From: Candidatus Eiseniibacteriota bacterium
Lineage (GTDB): Bacteria; Eisenbacteria; RBG-16-71-46; SZUA-252
Assembly (NCBI GenBank): GCA_031370645.1
Contig: JANMQV010000021.1
Location: 1 to 24,567, forward strand
Length of the DNA: 24,567 nt
Reading direction: 5' to 3'
Both the position numbers and the translations under genes were made by a program. The notes below the pieces were generated by a model. That model did not search any database, had not been told where the DNA came from, and worked only from the letters and a program-made list of their open reading frames with translations. Shown piece by piece: positions 15,191-22,622 of the stretch (position 1 is its first letter; each line of letters starts with the position of its first letter).

Positions 15191-16534
15191 ATGGCCGGAA
15201 AACGATTGGTGATCCTGGGAGGCGGATTCGCCGGGCTCGACGTGGCCCGGGCGATCGGCCGTTCGCGCGTGGCGCGCGAATACTGGGACACCCTCCTCAT
15301 CGACAAGGAAAACTTCTTCCAGTTCAATCCGCTCCTCCCCGCCGTGGCGGTCGGCGCGGTTGAAACGCGGCACATCGTCTATCCGCTCCGACAGATGGCG
15401 AAGCACCGCCACATCCGCTTCCACAAGAACAAGGCGATCCGCATCGACCTCTCCCGCCGCGAGGTCGTGCTCCACAACAATCTCGTGCAACCGTTCGACG
15501 TCCTCGTGGTCGCGGTCGGGAGCGTCACGAACTACTACGGTGTTCCGGGGGCCGAGGCGTACGCGCGCCCCTTCAAGACGGTGATCGACGCCATGACGCT
15601 CCGCGCCCGCGTGGTGGAACTGTTCGAGATGGCGGAGCAGGCGGAATCGGTGGCGCAGCGGAGGCGGCTCCTCTCCTTCGCCATCGTCGGCGGCGGCGTG
15701 ACGGGCGTGGAAGTGGCGGCGGAGTTGATCGAGATGGCTCGCGACACCCTGCTGCCGCGCTACCCGAATCTTTCGCCGCGGGAGCTGACGATCACGATCG
15801 TCGAAGGGGGCGACCGGCTCGTGCCGAGCGCGAAGCCGGAACACTCCGAGTACGTTCACCGCTTCCTCGAGCGGCGGGGCGTTCGCATTCTCCTTGGCTC
15901 GCCGGTGAAGTGCGTGGAGCCGAAGCGGCTCTTCCTCCCCGACGGAAGTGAGGTGGATGCCTTCACGCTACTTTGGACCGCGGGGATTCGCCCTCCCGAC
16001 CTCGTGCGCGATCTTCCCCTTTCGTTTCACAAGGACGGCCGCGTGCTCGTGGACGAGGAGCTTCGCGCGCGACGCGCGGACGGCACGGTGCTCGTGGACG
16101 TCTATGTTCTCGGCGACTGCGCCGCCTCCCTTCGGCCCGACGGGACCTTTCAACCGGCGCTGTCGCAAACCTCGATCGCCATGGGCGGCCACATCGGCGA
16201 GACATTGACCCGCCGCGCTCACGGAAAGCCGCCGCTTCCCTTTAGGTTCAAGGACGCGGGCTACATCATCTCGCTCGGAAAACACTCGAGCGTCGTCTCG
16301 CTCTTCGGGATCTCGTTCTCGGGCAAACTCGCGTGGCTCCTCTGGGCGGGCGCCTACCTCGTCAAGATGGTCGGCCTCCGGAAGCAGATCGAGGTCGGCA
16401 TCGACCATCTGACGCATTTCTTCTTCGACCATGACATGTCGCAAATCCTGAACCGCCGCGCGGTTCTGTCGGACGAGGAACTCAATTTGTCGCTCGCCGC
16501 CGAGCCGGTTGCGCCCCCCTCCCGGGAGGCGTAG
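15191..16534 (+). CDS. ndh: Type II NADH:quinone oxidoreductase-like flavoprotein (NDH-2)
   Basis: Two Rossmann motifs (LGGGFAG, VGGGVTGVE), FNPLL..VA.G, WTAG, YVLGDCA and a C-terminal amphipathic region AWLLW...YL. Confidence 0.85.
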   Translation: MAGKRLVILGGGFAGLDVARAIGRSRVAREYWDTLLIDKENFFQFNPLLPAVAVGAVETRHIVYPLRQMAKHRHIRFHKNKAIRIDLSRREVVLHNNLVQPFDVLVVAVGSVTNYYGVPGAEAYARPFKTVIDAMTLRARVVELFEMAEQAESVAQRRRLLSFAIVGGGVTGVEVAAELIEMARDTLLPRYPNLSPRELTITIVEGGDRLVPSAKPEHSEYVHRFLERRGVRILLGSPVKCVEPKRLFLPDGSEVDAFTLLWTAGIRPPDLVRDLPLSFHKDGRVLVDEELRARRADGTVLVDVYVLGDCAASLRPDGTFQPALSQTSIAMGGHIGETLTRRAHGKPPLPFRFKDAGYIISLGKHSSVVSLFGISFSGKLAWLLWAGAYLVKMVGLRKQIEVGIDHLTHFFFDHDMSQILNRRAVLSDEELNLSLAAEPVAPPSREA

Positions 16535-16604
16535 GCTGGTGGCGGGAGGAAATCCAGCACGCCGGCCGCGGAGCGGTCGGCGCCCCTACAAAGGAGGAAG
16601 CACG

Positions 16605-17000
16605 ATGAAGCGTTTGTTCACGGTCGTACTCGCCCTGGCGTTAGTGGCGCTCTTCGCTTTCTCGGGCGCATTCGCGGCCGAAGGAAAGAAGGAAGCCAAG
16701 CCCCAGAGCTGGACCGGAGAGGTTGTCGATCTCGGCTGCTACATGGGGAAGGGCGCGAAGGGCGAAGGGCACAAGGAGTGCGGGATGAAGTGCGTCTCGA
16801 ACGGCATGCCGATGGGCCTATTGGTCGGTGGGAACAGGGTGTTCGTTCTCACGATGAATCATGACAACGGCGATCCCTTCACTGCGTGCAAGGGCATGGT
16901 TGGGCAGCAGGTGAAGATCGGCGGCACGATGTCCGCCAAGGGTGGGGTGCAAGCGATCCAAGTGACGAGCGCCGAAGCGGCGGCGTCACCGGCGAAGTAG
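16605..17000 (+). CDS. Secreted small Cys/His/Met-rich protein, paralogue 1
   Basis: Strong SD AAGGAGG; signal peptide ending AFA; GEVVDLGCY...HKECGMKCV..GMPMG...NH..DPF. Confidence 0.85.
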   Translation: MKRLFTVVLALALVALFAFSGAFAAEGKKEAKPQSWTGEVVDLGCYMGKGAKGEGHKECGMKCVSNGMPMGLLVGGNRVFVLTMNHDNGDPFTACKGMVGQQVKIGGTMSAKGGVQAIQVTSAEAAASPAK

Positions 17001-17008
17001 ATTCGATT

Positions 17009-17046
17009 CGCGCGCGGGAACTCGAACGGTCCCGCGCGCGTTTTTT
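17009..17046 (+). terminator. Intrinsic terminator-like hairpin after paralogue 1
   Basis: CGCGCGCGGGA-N10-TCCCGCGCGCG (11-bp stem) followed by TTTTTT. Confidence 0.8.
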
Positions 17047-17050
17047 GGTG

Positions 17051-17821
17051 ATGATCCGACGCTTTATCCCCCTCCTCATCGTCTCCGCGGTCATCCTGGC
17101 ATTCTTTGCCGGGGCCGACGCGTTTCGTCCTCGGCTTACGCCCGTCGAGCGAGGACGCCGTGTGGCGGAAGCGAACGGCTGCTTCTCCTGCCACGGTCCG
17201 GAAGGGACGAAGGGAATTCCGAATCCCGGCCGCGCTGATCTCACGGTTCCCGCCTTCCCCGGCGCTCTGATGATGTACGCGAAGAACGCGGAGCAAGTAC
17301 GCGAGTGGATCCGGGACGGCGGCACCAAGGCTCGGAAGGCGAGCAAGACGTGGCGCGAGGATCGCCAGAAGGGGACGCTCCGAATGCCCGCGTTCGGGAA
17401 GCGGCTCACGGGGCGCGAAATCGACGACCTCGTCACGTTCGTCCTCGCCGCCGCCGGCGAACCCGCCCCCGAAGATTCCCTTCCCGCCGCCGGACTCGAA
17501 CGCGCTTCCACGCTCGGCTGTTTCGGATGTCACGGCATCGGCGGCCGCTTCGCGCGACCGAATCCCGGATCGTTCAAGTCGTACGTGCCGCCCTGGGACG
17601 GCCCCGATTTCGCCGAATTGGTGGCCAGCCGGGGCGAGTTCGAGGAGTGGGTGGAGGACGGCGTGAGCCGCCGGTTCGACGCGAACCCGGTCGCACGGTT
17701 CTTCCTCAAGAGAGCACCGCTCCGCATGCCCGAATACGAGAAGCACTTGGAGCCCGGAGACTTGAACGCGTTGTGGGCCTATGTGACATGGCTCCGAACG
17801 CCCATTCCGCCTACGCCGTAA
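17051..17821 (+). CDS. Dihaem class I cytochrome c, exported or membrane-anchored
   Basis: N-terminal hydrophobic signal; CFSCH and CFGCH, each followed by LRMP (distal Met). Start ATG 17051 (or GTG 17048). Confidence 0.88.
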   Translation: MIRRFIPLLIVSAVILAFFAGADAFRPRLTPVERGRRVAEANGCFSCHGPEGTKGIPNPGRADLTVPAFPGALMMYAKNAEQVREWIRDGGTKARKASKTWREDRQKGTLRMPAFGKRLTGREIDDLVTFVLAAAGEPAPEDSLPAAGLERASTLGCFGCHGIGGRFARPNPGSFKSYVPPWDGPDFAELVASRGEFEEWVEDGVSRRFDANPVARFFLKRAPLRMPEYEKHLEPGDLNALWAYVTWLRTPIPPTP

Positions 17822-17864
17822 GGACCAGGGATTTGCGGCCGCGGCCCGCGGTAACATCCAGGGC

Positions 17865-18320
17865 ATGAAACGACTCCTCTTTCTCTTGGTCGCGGCCGTG
17901 CTGCTGATGCCCGCCGGCGACGATCCCGCCGCTCAAACCGGCGGAGTGCCCGCCCCCAAAGGACCCAAGAAGACGATCAAGGTCGTCGGAGAGCTGCTCG
18001 ACATGGGCTGCTTCATCTCGCGCGGCCTTCGCGGAGAACTGCACCGCGAATGCGCCACCAAGTGCGTCAATGCCGGCGTGCCGATGGGCGTGATGACCGC
18101 CGACAGCACCGTCTACGTCCTCACGCAGAATCACGATCGCGCCATGGATCCGAAGAGTTTCGCCGGAGCGCCCGATCCCTACCAACAGATGAAGAACTGC
18201 GCTTCGTTCCGAGTCGAGGTGGTGGGGCTCAATTGGGAGCGAAACGGCGTGAAGTTCCTGGAATTGAAGTTCGCCAAGCAACTGCCCGCCGCCGGCGCCG
18301 CGCCGAAGCCGGGCTCGTAA
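17865..18320 (+). CDS. Secreted small Cys/His protein, paralogue 2
   Basis: Signal peptide; GELLDMGCF...HRECATKCV..GVPMG...NH...DPY. Confidence 0.85.
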   Translation: MKRLLFLLVAAVLLMPAGDDPAAQTGGVPAPKGPKKTIKVVGELLDMGCFISRGLRGELHRECATKCVNAGVPMGVMTADSTVYVLTQNHDRAMDPKSFAGAPDPYQQMKNCASFRVEVVGLNWERNGVKFLELKFAKQLPAAGAAPKPGS

Positions 18321-18339
18321 CCCACCGAGGAACGACATC

Positions 18340-18894
18340 ATGCGCCGCACCGCCGAATCAGCCGCTCGTACCAACTCCTCGCCATGGATCCGCCGCGCTT
18401 CGTTCACGGCCACCGTCGTGATCGCGCTGGCCGCGGGAGCCGCGATTGGATCGAGCACGTCCCCGCCGCCCCCTCCGAAGAACGTGGCGCCCGCCAAGGC
18501 TGCACCCGCCAAAGGCGCGTCTTCGAAGAACGCGGCCGGACTTCAGGTCTCGAATCGGCATCTGGTCACGGTTCGGGGCGAGGTGGTCGACTACTACTGC
18601 TTCATCGAGAAGGGGCTTCGCGGACCGGGGCATCTCGAGTGCGCGGTAAAATGCGTTTCGGGCGATATCTGCATGGGGATGTTCACGCAGCAGGGCGAAC
18701 TCTACATGATATCGGTGAATCACCTTCGCGCCATGGATCCACTCGCGTTCAAGGGGATTCCCGATCCGTTCAACCGCGCCCGCGGGCTACTCTGTCAGAC
18801 AGTTGATCTGACCGGCTACGCGATGGAGCGTCATGGTCAGAAAGTCCTCGAGATCATGGACGTCAAGCCGGTGGGGCCGGGAACGCGAGGATAA
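18340..18894 (+). CDS. Secreted small Cys/His protein, paralogue 3
   Basis: SD GAGG; long signal region and Pro/Ala/Lys linker; GEVVDYYCF...HLECAVKCV..DICMG...NH...DPF. Confidence 0.82.
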   Translation: MRRTAESAARTNSSPWIRRASFTATVVIALAAGAAIGSSTSPPPPPKNVAPAKAAPAKGASSKNAAGLQVSNRHLVTVRGEVVDYYCFIEKGLRGPGHLECAVKCVSGDICMGMFTQQGELYMISVNHLRAMDPLAFKGIPDPFNRARGLLCQTVDLTGYAMERHGQKVLEIMDVKPVGPGTRG

Positions 18895-19642
18895 GAATCT
18901 CGTCGAGATAGAAACTCAAGCGGCCCTCGTGCTCTTCCGGCGCGAGGGCCGTTTTCGCGCCCGGCGGCGCGTCGCGAAACATGGCGCGAAGCCGCTCCTT
19001 CGTGGGTGCATCCACCCCCTGCATTCCCGCCCAGAACTCGAATTCGCGCCGCTTTCTGAAGTGCTCCACGCGCTCCACGCGAAGGCCCGCGCCGCGGAAG
19101 AAGGAGACCCACTCCGCCTCGTTGATCGCGCGCTGATGGCTGGGGTCGCGGGTTTTTTCGAGGGCATTGAAATAGGCGGCCGACGAGGCGTCGTCGGGAG
19201 CGAGGTTGTCGATCACGATCACGCGTCCGCCCGGCTTCACGACCCGCGCGCACTCGCGGACAAAACGGCCGACGTCGGCGAAGTGGTGCGGCGCCACGCG
19301 GCACGTGACGAGATCGAACGAGGCGGCCGCGAAGGGAAGATCGCAGGCGTCGGCCTCGCGGAAGGTGACGTTCGAGACGCCCTTCCCCCGAATGAAGCGC
19401 TCGGCGGCGCCGAGCATCTCCCGCGTGAGGTCGGAGGCCACGACGTCCCGCACGTGAGGCGCGAGGGCGAGGGCCGTGTGGCCCCCGCCCGTCGCGATAT
19501 CAAGAGCGCTCCAGTCAGATTGCGGTTCGGCGAGCGCCAAGAGCCGGTCAAGGCTTTCGCTCGTCTGGTGGTCGCGGCTCGTCACGTACTGCTCGGCGTG
19601 CGCGCCGAACTGACGCCGCGAGAGCTCGCGCGCGTCTTCCAC
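18863..19642 (-). CDS. Class I SAM-dependent methyltransferase (Methyltransf_11 type)
   Basis: QFGAHAEQY..S..H, LDIATGGGH, DACDLPF..ASFDLVTCRVAPHHF, RVVKPGG, RDPSH. Start GTG 19642, 4 nt after the upstream stop. Confidence 0.9.
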   Translation of the reverse strand: MEDARELSRRQFGAHAEQYVTSRDHQTSESLDRLLALAEPQSDWSALDIATGGGHTALALAPHVRDVVASDLTREMLGAAERFIRGKGVSNVTFREADACDLPFAAASFDLVTCRVAPHHFADVGRFVRECARVVKPGGRVIVIDNLAPDDASSAAYFNALEKTRDPSHQRAINEAEWVSFFRGAGLRVERVEHFRKRREFEFWAGMQGVDAPTKERLRAMFRDAPPGAKTALAPEEHEGRLSFYLDEILILAFPAPPA

Positions 19643-19646
19643 GAAC

Positions 19647-20258
19647 CTAGGCCGCCTTGGCGCGGCCCATCCGCTTGGCCGCCCCACGACGCGTCCGCCT
19701 CTTCGCGGCGCGCGGTGCCCGCTTCTTCGTGGCGGCGCGGCGCGTCCGCTTCTTTGCGGTCGCGCGGCGCGCGCGCTTCTTGGCGGCCGGCTTCGTGGCG
19801 CGCTTCTTCCGCTTCCCGCGCGCCGGTGCGGCGACTCCCGCCAGGGCGCGGAGTTCGCGAGCACCCTTCTTCCGAAGATCCTGCCACGCGAGTACCGTCT
19901 GGCGGCGCGGCTTCGTGCGGCCCGCTTCCCAGAGATAGATCGAGAGGCTCGACACGCCGAGAAGGTGCGAGTAGGCCTTCCGGCTCATGCCGAGCGAGTC
20001 GCGGTGCTTCCGCATGAGTGCCGCGGAGAATCGGGCGCGGCGTCCGTCCGCGCCCTTGCCCGCGGCCACCGGACGTCCCACCCGGCCCTTCATACCCGCC
20101 GTGACCGTGGCCACACCGGTCAGAAGCCGCCGCTCCAAGAGCGTGATCGATTTCCGGATCGCCTGCAGTTCCGTCCTAAGCGAGTCCACCACTTGCTTCG
20201 ATTCCCCACGTGCCGCGTGGCGCATTTCGTCGCGGAGCGCCTTTGTTAGATTCGACAT
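19647..20258 (-). CDS. Xre-type HTH DNA-binding protein with N-terminal coiled coil and histone-H1-like K/R/A tail
   Basis: MSNLTKALRDEMRHAAR coiled-coil start; RFSA..MRKHRDSLGMSRKAYSHLLGVSSLSIYLWEAGRTKP HTH; ~55-aa basic tail. Confidence 0.85.
   Translation of the reverse strand: MSNLTKALRDEMRHAARGESKQVVDSLRTELQAIRKSITLLERRLLTGVATVTAGMKGRVGRPVAAGKGADGRRARFSAALMRKHRDSLGMSRKAYSHLLGVSSLSIYLWEAGRTKPRRQTVLAWQDLRKKGARELRALAGVAAPARGKRKKRATKPAAKKRARRATAKKRTRRAATKKRAPRAAKRRTRRGAAKRMGRAKAA
19650..19820 (-). repeat. Coding tandem repeat (about 5 degenerate 8-9 aa units)
   Basis: AAKKRARRA / TAKKRTRRA / ATKKRAPRA / AKRRTRRGA / AKRMGRAKAA. Confidence 0.75.
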
Positions 20259-20276
20259 ATCGTTCGTCCTACTTTC

Positions 20277-22622
20277 TCAGCCGGAGCTGGTTCCATGCTC
20301 GGGGGGCGGTTCCGGATGGAACCGTCCTCCCGCGAGCGCCATCCATTGGAGTCGTGCGCACGGACCGCCGGGAGTTCCTTGGTGGTGCCGACGCTGCAGC
20401 CGTTCCACGATCGCCGACACGCCGACGGCATCGGCGTGACGGAGGAGTCCGCCGCGAAACGGCGGGAACCCGGTACCCAACACCATCGCCAGATCGACGT
20501 CGCCCGCGGAGAACGCGACTCGTTCCTCGAGCGCCATCGTCGCCTCGTTGATCATGGCGTCCACCAACCGCTCCACGATCTCTTCCGCCGGAGGGCCCGC
20601 GGCCGCTTCGGCGCCCTTCTTCGACGTGGGTGCGGCGAGCGCGGGATTCACGCCGGCGCGTTTCCCGTTCTCGTACCGGTAGAAACCACGTCCCGACTTC
20701 TTTCCGAGCGTTCCCTCGGATACCAATTTGTCGAGCAGCCCAGTGCGCGGCATCCGCTCGCCGAACGCCTCTTCCAACACGTGCGCGACCTTCCGCGCCA
20801 CGTCGAGCCCGATCTCGTCGAGGAGTTCGCAGGGCCCGAGCGGCATTCCAAACCCTCGGAGCGCGCGATCGATCGATTCGACGGGCGTTCCCCGTTCCAC
20901 GAGCGAGACGGCTTCCCCGAGATACGGCATCAAGATCCGATTCACGAGAAAGCCCGGTTCGTCGCCCACCACGATCGGGGTCTTCCCCATCCGCCGCGCC
21001 AGCGCCACGACCGTTTCGACCGCGGCTTCGTCGGAGCCCTCGTGGCAAATCACCTCGACCAGCGGCATTCGCGTGACCGGGTTGAAGAAGTGCATCCCCA
21101 CGACGCGCTGCGGGCGGATGCAATTCTTCGCGATGGCGCGAACGGAGAGCGACGAGGTGTTCGTGGCCAGCACGCAGGTTTCCGGGACGAGCGCCTCGAG
21201 TTCGCGGAAGATTCCCTGCTTGATCGCGAGGTCCTCCACCACCGCCTCGATGACGATGTCCGCGCGTCCCAACCCGTCGAGCGCGAGGGTCGGTTCGATG
21301 CGCGCCATTGCTTGTTCCAGTTCCGCCTTCGTCAGCCGGCCGCGGGAGGCTTCCTTATCGAAGAGTTTCTTCGCGTGCGTGAGCGAATGCAAGATCGGCT
21401 CCGGCTTGATGTCGCGGAGCCGGACGTGAATGTCCCGCGAGGAGAGGAGATAGGCGATCTCGCCACCCATGGTGCCCGCACCGAGCACCGAGGCGCGGGA
21501 AACGGAACGCGCGTGGAGTGCGGGTGGTTCGCGCTTGGCGGCTTCCCGAAGGAGGAAGATGCGGCGAAGGTGGATCGAGGCCGCGGTGAAAAGCAGTTTC
21601 GCGACCGCCTTCCGCTCGGTCTTCAGTCCCTGCGCGATCGGTTTTCCCAACGTGCTCTCCAGCACCCGAAGAATTTCAAGCGGCGCGGGATAGTGGCCCC
21701 CGCTTTGCGCCATGACCTTCTTTCTGGCCTGCTCGAGGACGTAGGAGCGGAATGGCGGCAGCGATTGTAGGAGTTTCTGGGCGAACGAGACGCGCACGAC
21801 GCGCGGCTTCTTGCCGGCCAAGAAGGCTTCCACCCAAACCGCGGCGCGCTCATTGAATCGCTCGCGCGGGATGATGTCGTCAATCACGCCCACGCGCCGC
21901 GCACGCTTCGAGTCGAGCGCGCGACCGCTGAGGAGGAGATCGAGCGAGGCGATGAGGCCGATTCGTTTCGGAAGCCGCTGCGTTCCGCCGAAGCCGGGCA
22001 GGATTCCGAGCATCACCTCGGGGAGCGCAATGCTGAAAGAGCGGGAATCGGAGGCCAGGCGGAAGTCGAAGGCGAGCGTGAGTTCCGTGCCGCCCCCCAT
22101 GCAAGGCCCGTTGATCGCGGCGATGAGGGGATAGGGGAGTTCCCGAATCTCCTGGAAGAGAAGTTGGGCATCCTTCGCTTTCGCCTCCGCCTCCTGCGGC
22201 GATTCGAGTTTCTGAAATTCGTTCACGTCGGCGCCGGCGATGAACTGATTCTCCTTGCCGCTCACGAGGAGGAGCGCGCGCGGCGCTACCCCTCCCTTCG
22301 CCTTCAGCGCGGCCACGGTGGCGCGGAGCGCGTCGAGCGATTTCGAGTCGAGGAGATTCACGCGGCGATCCGAATCGTCGAATGAGAGGACGTAGACACC
22401 GGACGGACGCGCGTCGAGGCGGAATGGGCCATAGACCCCGGCGCCGATCGACAGCGGCTCCGCGTTTGCCGTACGTGATGGCCGTGGCGCCGGTCTCGGT
22501 GGGCTATCCCGTGGCGGCAATTCGAGATCCGCCACCGGTGGAATCGCGGTGGACGGCAGGCCGCCGGCTGCTGGTTCGCCGGGAGCACCCGCCGGGAAGA
22601 GATCCCGCTGTTCGGAACTCAC
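20277..22622 (-). CDS. fadJ: Fatty-acid oxidation complex alpha subunit (enoyl-CoA hydratase / 3-hydroxyacyl-CoA dehydrogenase)
   Basis: FIAGADV, GGGTE and LPEV (both hydratase Glu), GHYPAP, GAGTMG, TNTSSL, GMHFFNP, PGFLVNR, GFPPFRGG. GTG overlaps the thiolase TGA. Confidence 0.93.
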   Translation of the reverse strand: MSSEQRDLFPAGAPGEPAAGGLPSTAIPPVADLELPPRDSPPRPAPRPSRTANAEPLSIGAGVYGPFRLDARPSGVYVLSFDDSDRRVNLLDSKSLDALRATVAALKAKGGVAPRALLLVSGKENQFIAGADVNEFQKLESPQEAEAKAKDAQLLFQEIRELPYPLIAAINGPCMGGGTELTLAFDFRLASDSRSFSIALPEVMLGILPGFGGTQRLPKRIGLIASLDLLLSGRALDSKRARRVGVIDDIIPRERFNERAAVWVEAFLAGKKPRVVRVSFAQKLLQSLPPFRSYVLEQARKKVMAQSGGHYPAPLEILRVLESTLGKPIAQGLKTERKAVAKLLFTAASIHLRRIFLLREAAKREPPALHARSVSRASVLGAGTMGGEIAYLLSSRDIHVRLRDIKPEPILHSLTHAKKLFDKEASRGRLTKAELEQAMARIEPTLALDGLGRADIVIEAVVEDLAIKQGIFRELEALVPETCVLATNTSSLSVRAIAKNCIRPQRVVGMHFFNPVTRMPLVEVICHEGSDEAAVETVVALARRMGKTPIVVGDEPGFLVNRILMPYLGEAVSLVERGTPVESIDRALRGFGMPLGPCELLDEIGLDVARKVAHVLEEAFGERMPRTGLLDKLVSEGTLGKKSGRGFYRYENGKRAGVNPALAAPTSKKGAEAAAGPPAEEIVERLVDAMINEATMALEERVAFSAGDVDLAMVLGTGFPPFRGGLLRHADAVGVSAIVERLQRRHHQGTPGGPCARLQWMALAGGRFHPEPPPEHGTSSG

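Noticed and set aside
18340-18450. Twin-arginine (Tat) signal in paralogue 3 (WIRRASF)
   Set aside because: Poor match to S/T-R-R-x-F-L-K, and the other two paralogues have ordinary Sec-type signals.
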